A stretch of DNA of 64,000 nt from positions 1,184,001-1,248,000 of the forward strand of contig CBDCDZ010000004.1 of assembly GCA_965215565.1 (NCBI GenBank). Direction: 5' to 3'. The notes under the pieces were generated by a model. That model had not been told where the DNA came from and ran no database searches. It saw nothing but the letters and a program-made list of their open reading frames with translations. The position numbers and the translations under genes were made by a program. The stretch comes from Trueperaceae bacterium (GTDB lineage Bacteria > Deinococcota > Deinococci > Deinococcales > Trueperaceae). Numbering within the stretch: the stretch's first letter is position 1; the number at the start of each line of letters is the position of its first letter. Below are positions 1 to 10,415 of the stretch, in pieces.

Positions 1-1
1 G

Positions 2-91
2 GAGAACTCGAGGATGCTCTTCGGCGACGCAAAGTCCACGGTCTCACAGCTCGTCTCGGAGTTCAAGGACGCGGTGAGAGAAGCGGCATGA
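2..91 (+). CDS. pntB: C-terminal fragment of NAD(P) transhydrogenase subunit beta (runs off window start)
   Basis: Reads ENSRMLFGDAKSTVSQLVSEFKDAVREAA*; MLFGDAK is the typical PntB C-terminal motif. Confidence 0.65.
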   Translation, partial: ENSRMLFGDAKSTVSQLVSEFKDAVREAA

Positions 92-203
92 TAGCAGGTG
101 TGATCCGGTCACAAACGCACTCAGCTAATAATAGCGACGCTTAGCGTGCACGTTAAAAGATGACACCTGCGTCAGTTTCTCTCAGATTATTGAGGAGTTG
201 CTA
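92..203. repeat. Degenerate copy of the TAGCAG-ended intergenic repeat (MITE-like family A)
   Basis: Starts tagcaggtgtgatccggtcacaaacgc, ends ggagttgcta; similar to copies at 13411, 13605, 46586 and 57650. Confidence 0.6.
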
Positions 204-207
204 AGTT

Positions 208-828
208 ATGAACGTCGTCGCGGTTAATGTAGGACTTCCCAAACCCATCCCTGTAGATAACGAGATGGTCTCGACAGGCATTTTCAAAACGCCAGCGGGA
301 GAGCCCGTCACACTCACCCTCGAGGGCTTTCAGGGCGACGACCAAGCCGATAAAAAGAACCACGGCGGCGTAGACCAAGCCGTCTACCTCTACAGCGCGG
401 CGGACTACGCCTGGTGGTCTGAGCAGTTGGGGCGCTCTCTCTCGCCCGGCGCGTTCGGGGAGAACGTAACGCTCTCGGCGTTTCCTGAAGAGGTCAGGAT
501 TGGGGACAGGCTCGAGCTACAAGAGGTCGTTTTAGAGGTCACTGCGCCGCGCTTTCCCTGCCGCGTGTTCGCTGCGAAAATGAACGACCTTTCGTTCGTC
601 AAGAGGTTTCGGCAAGCGGAGAGACCGGGGTTCTATACGCGGGTGATTCAAACCGGCACAGTGCGAGCGGGAGAAGAGGTCACGCATAAGCCCGCTGAGG
701 ACGGGGTGGGGTTGCTCGAGACCTTCGACCTCTACTTTGCGAAAAACCCTGATGCAAGTAGGTTAAAACGCGCTTTGCAAACTCCTTTAGCCAAGAGGTT
801 GAGAAGTACGCTCCAAAGCAAGTTGTAG
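208..828 (+). CDS. MOSC domain protein (YiiM-like)
   Basis: HGGVDQAV, FGEN and PRFPC motifs; C-terminal 3-alpha-like tail. Confidence 0.85.
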   Translation: MNVVAVNVGLPKPIPVDNEMVSTGIFKTPAGEPVTLTLEGFQGDDQADKKNHGGVDQAVYLYSAADYAWWSEQLGRSLSPGAFGENVTLSAFPEEVRIGDRLELQEVVLEVTAPRFPCRVFAAKMNDLSFVKRFRQAERPGFYTRVIQTGTVRAGEEVTHKPAEDGVGLLETFDLYFAKNPDASRLKRALQTPLAKRLRSTLQSKL

Positions 829-846
829 CGGAAAAGAGGTCAAGGT

Positions 847-1302
847 ATGCACCTAGCCCAAATTAACATTGCTCAAGCCCTAGCCGAGATGGATGACCCC
901 ATCATGCACGGCTTCGTCTCGAGATTGGATGAAATCAACGCCTTAGCCGACGACGCGCCCGGCTTCGTGTGGCGACTACAAACCGGTGACGGCGACGCGC
1001 TGAGCCTGCGCGTGTTTGACGATCCGATGCTGATTATCAACATGTCGGTGTGGGAGAACGTCGAAACCTTAAAGACCTTTACCTACAAAACTATGCACGT
1101 CCAAGTCTTCAAAGAGCGCAAGACGTGGTTTACGAAGTTGGGCAGGCCTCACTTGGCGATGTGGTGGGTTCCGGCGGGGCATATCCCTACATTGGACGAG
1201 GCGAAGGAGAAATTAGAGCTTATAGCTGAGCGCGGTCCGACGCCCAAAGCATTTACGTTCAGCAAAGTATTTGCGCCTCCCACTGCTGAACCCGTGGTTT
1301 AG
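847..1302 (+). CDS. DUF3291 family protein
   Basis: HLAQINI..., PGFVWRL, NMSVWE and WWVPAGHIPT motifs. Confidence 0.8.
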   Translation: MHLAQINIAQALAEMDDPIMHGFVSRLDEINALADDAPGFVWRLQTGDGDALSLRVFDDPMLIINMSVWENVETLKTFTYKTMHVQVFKERKTWFTKLGRPHLAMWWVPAGHIPTLDEAKEKLELIAERGPTPKAFTFSKVFAPPTAEPVV

Positions 1303-1427
1303 ACTTTTCTCGAGCTTCGGAACGTTACAGTCCGGGAAGCAAGAGGCCAAGTGACCTCTTGCTCGCTTTAGGCGAAGCCGCTCAGGTAATGCAGCGTCCA
1401 CCCGACGCTCAGACCGCGCTGAACATA

Positions 1428-1600
1428 TATAGCAATTAACCTAAGTACTGATTGGAATAGCGCAAGTCTCAGCCGCAGCCATCCCGCTCTCAGGCAAAGC
1501 CTAGCGGGACGGCTTCGCCTGAGAGCGGGATTTCATTCTCAAATGTGCGTGCTGCTTTCTGAAAGCCTGTAGGGACGAAGTTTTCGCAAAGCGAATGACG
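1428..1600. repeat. Composite intergenic repeat with palindromic core
   Basis: tatagcaattaac..taagtactga is shared with 57782; tcccgctctcaggc...gcctgagagcggga palindrome is shared with 12119-12160. Confidence 0.6.
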
Positions 1601-1719
1601 TAGTTTGCCGTTAAGCAACGGTGTTCTACATCGTGAGAGCGTTTCAAACGAAATGATACTTGCCATAATGAGGTTGACCACATCATGAGGTCATCGCAAG
1701 GTAGCGCGCGAGCCCCTCT

Positions 1720-2634
1720 CTACGCGCCGCTTTCTACCTCCACGAGCCGCGCCGCCTCCTCCGCTACGCTCAGCGCGGCGCGCGTGAAGTTGGCGACGAC
1801 GGGGTAGGGCGAGTCTCGTCGGCTCACCAGACCGAGCCAGGTGGGGAACTCGTGCTCGAGCCGCCTATACACTACCCCCGCTAGGGGCGAGCGCCGCGCC
1901 GAGGCGGGCAAGACCGACACCCCGATGCCGCTCGCCACCAGACTCACGATGGTCTGCAAATGAACAGCCTCTTGCACAATGTTGGGTGTATGCCCGCCCT
2001 GCGCGAAAAGGTCCATCAGGTGCTCGTGCGCCCCCGGCACGAGGCGCTTAGGAAAGGAGATGAGGGGCACGTCGGCGAGGGCGGCTAAGGTGACGGACTC
2101 TTTTTGAGCGAGGGCGTGTTCGGTAGGCAAGGCGGCGAGCAGCGGCTCCGCTAACACTTTCGTCACGGCGAGGTCTTCCGTATTCATCGGCAGGCGCACC
2201 AGCCCCACGTCGATGTCGCCCGCTAGGAGCGCGGCGCGCTGCTCGGCGCTCGTCAGCTCGCGCAAGTTAAGGTCCACGTCCGGGTAGGTGTTGCGAAATT
2301 TGCGCAGCGCCAGCGGCAAGAGGCTCAAGGCGGCGGAGCTGACGAAGCCGATGGTGAGATGACCGATGAGCCCTTGCGCCGCCGCGCCCACCGCGATGCG
2401 GGCGTCTTCGGCGGCCTCTAAGACGCGCTTCGCCTTCGCTAAAAAGACCTCACCGGCTGGGGTGAGTTCGACGCGCCGCGTCGTGCGCGAGAGGAGCGTG
2501 ACGCCAAGTTCGCGCTCGAGCCGCCCGATCTGTGTACTCACAGGCGGTTGACTGCGATGGAGCTTCTCGGCGGCTCGCCCGAAGTGCCCCTCTTCGGCGA
2601 CGGCGATGAAGTAGCGAAGCTGTTTAAGTTCCAT
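1720..2634 (-). CDS. LysR family transcriptional regulator, divergent from the solA operon
   Basis: MELKQLRYFIAVAEEGHFGRAAEKL HTH; start moved to the ATG at 2634. Confidence 0.92.
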   Translation of the reverse strand: MELKQLRYFIAVAEEGHFGRAAEKLHRSQPPVSTQIGRLERELGVTLLSRTTRRVELTPAGEVFLAKAKRVLEAAEDARIAVGAAAQGLIGHLTIGFVSSAALSLLPLALRKFRNTYPDVDLNLRELTSAEQRAALLAGDIDVGLVRLPMNTEDLAVTKVLAEPLLAALPTEHALAQKESVTLAALADVPLISFPKRLVPGAHEHLMDLFAQGGHTPNIVQEAVHLQTIVSLVASGIGVSVLPASARRSPLAGVVYRRLEHEFPTWLGLVSRRDSPYPVVANFTRAALSVAEEAARLVEVESGA

Positions 2635-2844
2635 CAACGTGTCCTGCTTTCGTGCGTAGTTGACTGGCCCTCGAGAGTCTGGTCCAGCGCTACGCAAAGA
2701 ACACCGCATAGAGGTAGTGCGTCATTCACCACAGAAGTATAACAATTGATTCGAAAATCGTTTTAATCTACACCTCAAAAAACTATTGGACTTTCATAAT
2801 GACAGCTTTTACAATGTACAAAGGTTTGGGAGAATATGCGTCTT

Positions 2845-2979
2845 ATACGGATTCCGGTTGACTACTACATAAACTCCTTCGGAGTTTATTCCGTACTCAG
2901 CGAAATCCGTACTTGTTTCTACTCGCTCCGCTCGGGATTAAGTACGCTACTTTGTAGCGTACTTAACCGGAAAGGGTAT
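2845..2979. repeat. Deinococcus SNR-like modular palindromic repeat (family B)
   Basis: ATACGGATTCCG...AATCCGTA module plus CTACTCGCTCCGCTCGGG module; near-identical modules at 63296-63430. Confidence 0.8.
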
Positions 2980-3022
2980 CAGACGTGATTTTTTTATATT
3001 CTCTAGGAGGCGTGTCAAACAT

Positions 3023-4204
3023 ATGAAATATTACGACGTGATCGTAGTGGGCTGTGGCGGCATCGGATCAGCAGCGCTCTACTGGCTCTCGAAGAGCGGC
3101 AAGTCGGTTTTAGGCATCGAGCAGTTCAAGCTGGGTCATAGGGGTGGCGGCTCGCAAGACCACTCGCGCATCATCCGCTTGGCGCAGCATCAGGAGGCGT
3201 ACGCCGCGCTCGCGCCGCACGCTTACGAAGCGTGGCATGAGGCTGAGCGGGACAGCGATGTGCGCATCGTCCTCAAGACGGGCGGGCTCGTCATCGAGGA
3301 CCCCGAGGGGCGCGATCCGGCGAAGGTTGGCTCACGTACCATCGGCGGCTACGTAGAGGCGTTCGAGAAGCAGGGCGTCGACTTCGAACACCTGGACGCG
3401 GCGGGCGTCGTAGCGCGCTGGCCGCAGTTTCATTTACGGGGTCACGAGGAAGCCGTCTACCAGGAGGACTCGGGCATCGTGGATGCGGGCAAGGCGAACG
3501 CGGTGCACATCGCGCTCGCGCGGGCGAACGGCGCGGACCTCTTGACCGAGACGCCCGTGACGTCGCTTCGTCCGGTGGGCGGCGAGGTCGAGGTCACCAC
3601 CGCTACGCAGCGCTTCCGCGCGGGTCACGTGGTGGTGACGAGCGGCGCGTGGACGAACCAGGTGGTGCGTGAGGCGGGCTTAGAACTGCCCCTCACCGTC
3701 ACTCAAGAGCAAGTGACCTACTACGCCACGCCGAACTTGCGCGAATTTTCACCCGGACGGTTCCCCGTCTTCATGTGGCACGGACAGCACAACTTCTACG
3801 GCTTCCCCGTGTACGGCGAGGTTGCGACGAAGCTAGGGCAGCACATGGGCGGGCGCGAGGTCACCACGCAGACGCGCACCTTTACGCCCGATCCAGAGCG
3901 GCAAGCGCGGCAGCGAACCTTTTTGAGCCGCGTCCTACCCGGCTTTTTAGGACCGGAGCACTACACGAAAACCTGCCTCTACACCGTGCCGCCCGATCAG
4001 CACTTCGTCATCGACACCTTGAGGGATGCGCCGCAACTTTCAGTGGCTATCGGCGCGGGGCACGCCTTTAAGTTCGCGGGGCTCATCGGCAAGATTTTAA
4101 GCGAGTTGGCGTTGGCAGGCGGCACGAACTATCCGGTTGAAACCTTTAGCTTAGACCGTCCTGCCTTGACCGATAAAACTTTCGAGAAGAGCTTTCACGC
4201 CTAG
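3023..4204 (+). CDS. solA: Monomeric sarcosine / N-methyl-L-tryptophan oxidase (FAD)
   Basis: GxGxxG, GGSQDHSRIIR, covalent-flavin TCLYT and GHAFKF motifs. Confidence 0.85.
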   Translation: MKYYDVIVVGCGGIGSAALYWLSKSGKSVLGIEQFKLGHRGGGSQDHSRIIRLAQHQEAYAALAPHAYEAWHEAERDSDVRIVLKTGGLVIEDPEGRDPAKVGSRTIGGYVEAFEKQGVDFEHLDAAGVVARWPQFHLRGHEEAVYQEDSGIVDAGKANAVHIALARANGADLLTETPVTSLRPVGGEVEVTTATQRFRAGHVVVTSGAWTNQVVREAGLELPLTVTQEQVTYYATPNLREFSPGRFPVFMWHGQHNFYGFPVYGEVATKLGQHMGGREVTTQTRTFTPDPERQARQRTFLSRVLPGFLGPEHYTKTCLYTVPPDQHFVIDTLRDAPQLSVAIGAGHAFKFAGLIGKILSELALAGGTNYPVETFSLDRPALTDKTFEKSFHA

Positions 4205-4326
4205 CTTCTCGACTCTCAGCAATTCCACACCTCATCACTACATAAGCCGCCACGTCTGTTTCTAGCCGTTTAGCGTTCAAGAACCGTAACTCGGTTGCCC
4301 TGCAATCTCACCAATAAGGATTCACT

Positions 4327-5559
4327 GTGAACAACTTAGCCGACCTCATCGCCACACGCACCGAAAATCACGCGCTCCCGCAGGCTTTTTACTTGAACGA
4401 GGCGGTCTTTCAAGCTGACCTCGAGCGTGTCTTCCGCCAAAGTTGGCTCTTCGCCGGGCACACCTGCGAAGTCGCCGAGCCCGGCGACTACCTGCTTTTA
4501 GAGATTGCGGGCGAGTCCGTCATCGTGGTGCGGGACAGATCGGGGGCGCTCCACGCGCACCTCAACGTGTGTCGGCACCGCGGCTCCAAGCTCATTACGG
4601 ACGGTGCACCGTGCGGTCACGCCAAAGCGCTCGTCTGCCCCTATCACCAGTGGGCGTACAGGTTGAACGGCGAACTCGCCGGAGCGCGGCTCATGGGCGA
4701 GGGATTTCAGAGGGAGACCTACCGCCTCCGCTCCGCTCACGTGCGCGAACTCGCCGGACTGCTCTTCATCTGTCTAGCGGACGCGCCGCCCGACTTTGAC
4801 GAGGCGCACGCCGCTATCGCTCCACAACTCGCGCCGCACCGCCTGGACCAGGCGAAAGTCGTCCACCGCCACCACTACGAGGTCAAGGCGAACTGGAAGA
4901 CGGTCATCGAGAACAACCGCGAATGCTACCACTGCACGGTGACCCATCCCGAATTCTGCTTGTCGAACTACGACTTGGGTCTACCCGGCGACGCGCGCCA
5001 AGACGCGGCGTTTCAGCGAGAGCTAAGTGAGGCGTATGCGCGGTGGGACAAGTTGGGGTTGTCGCCAAAAGAGGTCAACTTCCCCGGCGGCTCCTGGTTC
5101 CGCGTCTCGCGCTACCCCTTGAAAGCGGGCTACCTGACCGAAAGCATGGACGGGGCGCTCACCGCGCCGCTTCTAGGCGATCTGACGGACCCGGACGTCG
5201 GCAGCTTGCGCCTCATCGGTCTGCCGAACTTCTGGGCGCACGCCAACGCCGACTACGCGGTGACCACGCGGCTCACGCCCGTCACGCCTGATGTAACCCA
5301 TATCGACGTAGCGTTCTTGGTGCGCCGTGACGCGGCCGAGGGCACGGACTACGAGCCAGAGAGAGTCGAAGCGGTCTGGAAGGCGACGAGCGAAGAGGAC
5401 TGGGCGCTGTGCGAGAACAACTTCGCGGGCTTGCGCTCGGCTTTTTACGAGCCGGGACCGCTCTCACCTTTGGAGGCGTCTGTAGAGAGTTTTTTCAAGT
5501 GGTACGTGTCGAAACTGCGTCAGGAGCCGACTCACGACGTTCTCAACCGGGCGGCGTGA
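4327..5559 (+). CDS. Rieske non-heme iron oxygenase alpha subunit, glycine betaine/stachydrine demethylase (GbcA-like)
   Basis: CRHRG and CPYHQW Rieske ligands; NWKxxxEN and ECYHC..H iron site; betaine gene context. Confidence 0.85.
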   Translation: MNNLADLIATRTENHALPQAFYLNEAVFQADLERVFRQSWLFAGHTCEVAEPGDYLLLEIAGESVIVVRDRSGALHAHLNVCRHRGSKLITDGAPCGHAKALVCPYHQWAYRLNGELAGARLMGEGFQRETYRLRSAHVRELAGLLFICLADAPPDFDEAHAAIAPQLAPHRLDQAKVVHRHHYEVKANWKTVIENNRECYHCTVTHPEFCLSNYDLGLPGDARQDAAFQRELSEAYARWDKLGLSPKEVNFPGGSWFRVSRYPLKAGYLTESMDGALTAPLLGDLTDPDVGSLRLIGLPNFWAHANADYAVTTRLTPVTPDVTHIDVAFLVRRDAAEGTDYEPERVEAVWKATSEEDWALCENNFAGLRSAFYEPGPLSPLEASVESFFKWYVSKLRQEPTHDVLNRAA

Positions 5560-5604
5560 TCTGGCGTGACCTCTTTCAGGTTATAATACTCGCGAGGAGG
5601 AAAT

Positions 5605-6528
5605 ATGAAAAAGTTGCTTACCCTCTTGGTCTCGTGCGTTCTGCTGACAGGGGTCGCCCTAGCTCAAGACCCCGTGCGCGTCGGCTCGAAGCAGTTCACG
5701 GAGAGCATCGTTTTGGCGAAGCTCATCCTGAGCGCGCTGGAGAACGCTGGCATCCCCACCGCTGATCAAACACCGCTCGGCTCGACGGACGTCAACCGCG
5801 CCGCTCTGGTCAACGGCGAAATCGACGTCTACCCGGAATATACGGGCACCGCGCTCACGAACTTCCTCGCTAACGCGGGCGTCGAGGTGCCCGAGGGAGC
5901 CTCCACCGACGCAGACCAGGCGTATGGGCTCGTCAGCGACTTCGATCAGGAGAACAACAACCTGTGCTGGTTACAGCCCGCCCCCGCGAACAACACCTAC
6001 GCCTTTGCGGTCACTCAGGAGTTCGCCGAGGAAAACGGCACCGAGACCATGGGTGACTTCGCCGAGTACGTGAGTAACGGCGGGCGCGCCATGATGGCGG
6101 TGGGCGACGAGTTCGCGCAGCGCCCGGACGGTCTGCAAGCGTTCGAGGAGACCTACGGCTTCGACCTCACCGAAGACCAACTCCTGATCATCGCCGGAGG
6201 CACGCCCGCGCAGACCGAGCAGGCCCTAGCTGAAGGCGCAAATAACGTCAACGTGGCGATGGCGTTCGCCACCGACGGCGCGCTCATGGCGTACAACTTC
6301 CGCGTCTTAGAAGACCCCGAAGGGGCGCAGCCCGTCTTCCAGCCGACACCCGTATTTCAGTGCGGCGTGCTCGAGACCTACGCCAACATCCCCGACATCA
6401 TCAACCCCATCTTCGATTCGCTCAACGACGAGACGATGCAAGAACTCAACGCTCGCGTCGACGTAGACGGCGAAAACCCTGCAGCGGTGGCGCAGAGCTA
6501 CCTGGAGGAGAACGGCTTTTTAGAGTAG
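5605..6528 (+). CDS. Quaternary-amine/osmoprotectant ABC substrate-binding protein (YehZ/OsmX-like)
   Basis: Signal peptide; VGSKQFTE, YPEYTGT and NNTYA motifs; close paralog of 46947-47876. Confidence 0.9.
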   Translation: MKKLLTLLVSCVLLTGVALAQDPVRVGSKQFTESIVLAKLILSALENAGIPTADQTPLGSTDVNRAALVNGEIDVYPEYTGTALTNFLANAGVEVPEGASTDADQAYGLVSDFDQENNNLCWLQPAPANNTYAFAVTQEFAEENGTETMGDFAEYVSNGGRAMMAVGDEFAQRPDGLQAFEETYGFDLTEDQLLIIAGGTPAQTEQALAEGANNVNVAMAFATDGALMAYNFRVLEDPEGAQPVFQPTPVFQCGVLETYANIPDIINPIFDSLNDETMQELNARVDVDGENPAAVAQSYLEENGFLE

Positions 6529-6629
6529 GTCGCGCCGCTATAAAAAAGCATTGCCCCGAGTCAGGCTTGAGACAAGCCTGACTTCTTCGTTGCTCGCAGA
6601 AAATTCGCGACCGCGCTCTAAGCAAGAGG

Positions 6630-7187
6630 TCAAACAACCTCATATTCGCTCTGCACAAAGCCGCTGGGATAACCCTGCGTCCGAACGTGTCGCAGTTTGA
6701 TGTCTTGCTCAAGAGGTCCGAAGAGCGGAATACCCGTGCCGATAAGGACAGGCATTCTCGTGATGATAAGGCGCTGAATCAGCCCTGCGCGTAAAAACCG
6801 CTGAACCGTCTCGCCGCCATCGATATAGAGGTGCGTCATCCCGCGCTCCGAAAGCCGCGCTACGACCTCTTCCGGTGTGCCGGACATCGCCTCGACAGTT
6901 TCAGTGAGGTGTTCTGGAATCTCTAAAGAACGGCTACTAAGCACGACAACGGGTTTATCCCCGTACGCCCAACCGCCAAAGCTGAGCACCTTGTCAAAGG
7001 TGTTTCGCCCCATCACAAGTACGTCCACGCTGTTCATGAACTCTTTATAGCCGTAGTCTTCGTCCGGGGACTTATCCTTTTGATCGACCTCTTCCCCGCT
7101 GCCCCCCAACCAATCCAAGTCGCCGTTCTCCCTAGCGATGAACCCATCCAAACTTGTCGCGATATAGACAGATGCTCTGGTAGACAT
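6630..7187 (-). CDS. Dihydrofolate reductase / RibD C-terminal family protein
   Basis: YIATSLDGFIA, MGRNTF and YIDGG motifs; leaderless TATCAT-5nt-ATG. Confidence 0.85.
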   Translation of the reverse strand: MSTRASVYIATSLDGFIARENGDLDWLGGSGEEVDQKDKSPDEDYGYKEFMNSVDVLVMGRNTFDKVLSFGGWAYGDKPVVVLSSRSLEIPEHLTETVEAMSGTPEEVVARLSERGMTHLYIDGGETVQRFLRAGLIQRLIITRMPVLIGTGIPLFGPLEQDIKLRHVRTQGYPSGFVQSEYEVV

Positions 7188-7286
7188 AAGACATGATATG
7201 ACGAGTCCCGAAGGGATAGCAGTTGACAATGCCAGAAAAAAAGAGCACACGGAGGCGCGTGCTCTAAAACCTAGCGCTGGCGAGGT

Positions 7287-7568
7287 TTAGTCTTCTTTGC
7301 AGTTGTCTACTCCGAGACTAAAGCCTAGAGTAGAGAGGGTAAAGCCCTCTTCTATGTCGTCTTTCCAACTCTCGAGCTGGACGAAGGACTCATTATCGAC
7401 TCCTTTTAGAAGCATCTCGAGCTTCACCTTTTTGGCTCCTGGCTCTTCACCGAGCAGAGCGGTGACACACGCTCTGGTGTATTGCGTCTGCTGCAAAAAC
7501 AGCAGACTTGTAATTCCAAGCACAGCACCAAATAAAGTACAAGCGACTACCAAAAACTTATTGTTCAT
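7287..7568 (-). CDS. Hypothetical protein with N-terminal TM helix
   Basis: 93-aa AT-richer ORF with hydrophobic N-terminus. Confidence 0.5.
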   Translation of the reverse strand: MNNKFLVVACTLFGAVLGITSLLFLQQTQYTRACVTALLGEEPGAKKVKLEMLLKGVDNESFVQLESWKDDIEEGFTLSTLGFSLGVDNCKED

Positions 7569-7923
7569 CTTTTTGTTTTATGTTCAACATCATAGAATCA
7601 GAGCCGTTGGACACTGAAACTACGCTAGGTCAAGCTTAGCGCTTTACCCGCCCCGATTAACCGTTTGACCTCATAGTTTCGTGGTTCAAAGAGGTGAAGC
7701 CCCCCGAACTAAGCCACTTTTCAAGAGGTCGTCCAAGCGAACCTCCTAGCGTTTTGGATCGTTTCTACAACGTCACCCGCGATAAAAGTAAGTATTTATG
7801 TCGGCGCATGTAAGACAGCAGCGTTGACCTCTTGAACATTCGCCGCTTGCGTTAATGGCTCGAGACCATCCCATCCAAGCTATATTTACACCCCTTCACC
7901 TCTTGCAGTGGTAGCGTAAACTC

Positions 7924-10254
7924 ATGAGTATAGACGCTGCCAGTAAACCCAAAGACGAGCGCACCGTCACCCCGAACTTCATCACCGACATCATCGACGA
8001 GGATGTGGAGGCGGGCAAGGTGCAAGAGGTCGTGACGCGCTTCCCCCCGGAGCCTAACGGCTACGCGCACCTGGGTCACGCGATTGCGAGCTTTATCAAC
8101 TTCGGGATTGCTGGCGATTACGGCGGGCTTTGCAACCTGCGCTTCGACGACACGAACCCGGCGACGGAGCGCATGGAGTTTGCCGAATCTTTAGAGCGCG
8201 ACTTCCGCTGGTTGGGTTGGAACTGGGACGACAGGCTCTTTTTCGCGTCAGACTACTTCGAGCAGCTTTACGGGTTTGCGCTCAGGCTTATCGAAGAGGG
8301 CAAGGCGTATGTAGACAGTCTGTCCGAAGAGGAGATTCAGGCGTACAGGGGCACGGTGACGGAGTCGGGGCGCGAGAGCCCCTATAGAGAGCGCTCGGTG
8401 GAGGAGAATTTAGCGCTGTTTAGAGGGATGCGCCGAGGCGACTTTCCCGAGGGCGCACACGTCTTGCGGGCGAAAATCGACATGGCGAGCCCGAACATGA
8501 AGATGCGCGATCCGCTGCTCTACCGCATCCGCTTTGAAGAGCACTACCGCACCGGGAGCGCGTGGCCCATCTACCCGATGTACGACTTTCAGCATCCCTT
8601 GTCCGACGCCATCGAAGGGGTGACGCACAGCCTCTGCTCCTTGGAGTTCGTCGAGAACCGCGCCGTGTACGACTGGCTCATGAACAACCTCATCGGCTCG
8701 CCGCGCCCCTACCAGTACGAGTTCGGGCGGCGCAGCATCGAGTATACGGTGGTGAGTAAGCGTAAGCTAGTGCAGCTCATCCAGGAGGGTCACGTCACGG
8801 GCTGGGACGACCCGCGTATGCCGACGCTCGCGGGGATGCGGCGGCGCGGCGTGAGGCCGGAGGCGATTCGGGAGTTTGCGTCCCGCGTGGGCATCTCCCG
8901 CACGAACCGCACGGTGGACATCGCCCTCTTAGAGTACGCCGTTCGTGACGACCTTAATACGAGAGCGCCGAGGGTGATGGCGGTTTTAGACCCCGTCAAG
9001 ATCGTCATTACAAATTACTCAGAAGGTGAAGAGGAACAGCTCGAGGCACCCTACTGGCCCCACGACGTGCCGAACGAAGGGTCGCGCAAGGTTCCTTTTG
9101 CCAAAGAACTCTATATCGAACGCGAAGACTTCTCCGAAAATCCCCCCGAAGGGTTCTACCGCCTCTCACCCGGTAGGGAGGTGCGGCTGCGCTACGCCCA
9201 CGTCATCCGCTGCGATGAGGTCATCAAGGACGCCGAGGGCAACGTCACCGAGTTGCGCTGCTCGTATGACCCGGAGACGTTGGGGAGAAACCCGCAGGGA
9301 CGTAAAGTCAAAGGAACGGTGCACTGGGTTTCCGCGAAACACGCGCTAGCAGCCGAGGTGCGCCTCTACGACAGACTTTTCAGCGTCCCTAACCCCGAAG
9401 CTGAAGAAGGCGTATTTACCGACTACCTCAACCCCGGTTCGCTCATCACGCAAAGAGGTTTCGTCGAGCCGAGCGTGGCGGCTGATTCACCTGAGACGCG
9501 CTACCAGTTCGAGCGGCAGGGCTATTTCGTGCAGGACTCGGTGGACTCGGGCGCAGGCCGCCTCGTCTTTAACCGCGTCGTGCCCCTCCGCGACTCCTGG
9601 GCGAAGCAAGAGGAAAGGGAAGAACCGCACAAACGCGAGCCCAAGCCCAAGCGCGTTCAGGTTGCCTCGGCGTTGGGGGAGCCGAAAGACCCCACGCTCG
9701 AGTTCTCCCCCGAGCAGAAAAGGAAGCTCGAGACCTACACGAGCGAACTCAGATTGAGCCGCGACGACGCGCAGATTTTGGCGGGAGACTTGGCGCTAGC
9801 GGCGTACTTCGAAAAGGCGCTAAAAACGCACAACAACCCGCAGAGCGTCGCCAACTGGATCGTCAACGAACTTCTACGCGAGCTTAAAGAGGTCTCCTTG
9901 GCGGACTTGCGCGTGACGCCGCCGCAACTCGCCTCGCTCGCGTCGTTTGTCGACGAAGAGACGATTTCTAAGCGGAGTGCCAAAGAGGTCTTCGAGACGA
10001 TGTTAAAGACGGGCGACAACCCGGCGGAGATTATCGGGCGAGAGGGGCTCGAGCAAGTCACCGATAAGAGCGAGTTAGAACCTATCGTCGACATCCTCAT
10101 CACGGACAACCCCGATAAGGTTAGGGCGTACAGGGACGGCAAAACAGGCTTGATGGGTTTTTTTGTCGGTCAAGTCATGCGTGAGACGAAAGGCACCGCC
10201 AATCCGCAGCTCGTGCAAGACCTCTTGACGAGTAAACTCGCAAAAGGGGACTAA
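7924..10254 (+). CDS. glnS: Glutamine--tRNA ligase with C-terminal Yqey (GatB-like) domain
   Basis: TRFPPEPNG, HLGH and VSKR motifs; C-terminal GFFVGQVMRETKGTANP Yqey domain typical of Deinococcota. Confidence 0.96.
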   Translation: MSIDAASKPKDERTVTPNFITDIIDEDVEAGKVQEVVTRFPPEPNGYAHLGHAIASFINFGIAGDYGGLCNLRFDDTNPATERMEFAESLERDFRWLGWNWDDRLFFASDYFEQLYGFALRLIEEGKAYVDSLSEEEIQAYRGTVTESGRESPYRERSVEENLALFRGMRRGDFPEGAHVLRAKIDMASPNMKMRDPLLYRIRFEEHYRTGSAWPIYPMYDFQHPLSDAIEGVTHSLCSLEFVENRAVYDWLMNNLIGSPRPYQYEFGRRSIEYTVVSKRKLVQLIQEGHVTGWDDPRMPTLAGMRRRGVRPEAIREFASRVGISRTNRTVDIALLEYAVRDDLNTRAPRVMAVLDPVKIVITNYSEGEEEQLEAPYWPHDVPNEGSRKVPFAKELYIEREDFSENPPEGFYRLSPGREVRLRYAHVIRCDEVIKDAEGNVTELRCSYDPETLGRNPQGRKVKGTVHWVSAKHALAAEVRLYDRLFSVPNPEAEEGVFTDYLNPGSLITQRGFVEPSVAADSPETRYQFERQGYFVQDSVDSGAGRLVFNRVVPLRDSWAKQEEREEPHKREPKPKRVQVASALGEPKDPTLEFSPEQKRKLETYTSELRLSRDDAQILAGDLALAAYFEKALKTHNNPQSVANWIVNELLRELKEVSLADLRVTPPQLASLASFVDEETISKRSAKEVFETMLKTGDNPAEIIGREGLEQVTDKSELEPIVDILITDNPDKVRAYRDGKTGLMGFFVGQVMRETKGTANPQLVQDLLTSKLAKGD

Positions 10255-10415
10255 GGTTACATTTTGCCGATAACCTCACACCGTAGGAGGTAGATTACAC
10301 GTCACAGACGGTGTTAAGAACCTGTCAGGATACGTTCAGAGGGTTTGTTACATTCTGTAGTAGATAGCGAAAGCAAATCACACTTGCTCGCTTCAAACTT
10401 ACAGGAGGTACCATT

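Noticed and set aside
7924..10254. GlnRS-Yqey fusion as a novelty
   Set aside because: Already established for Deinococcus GlnRS; useful only as a taxonomic marker
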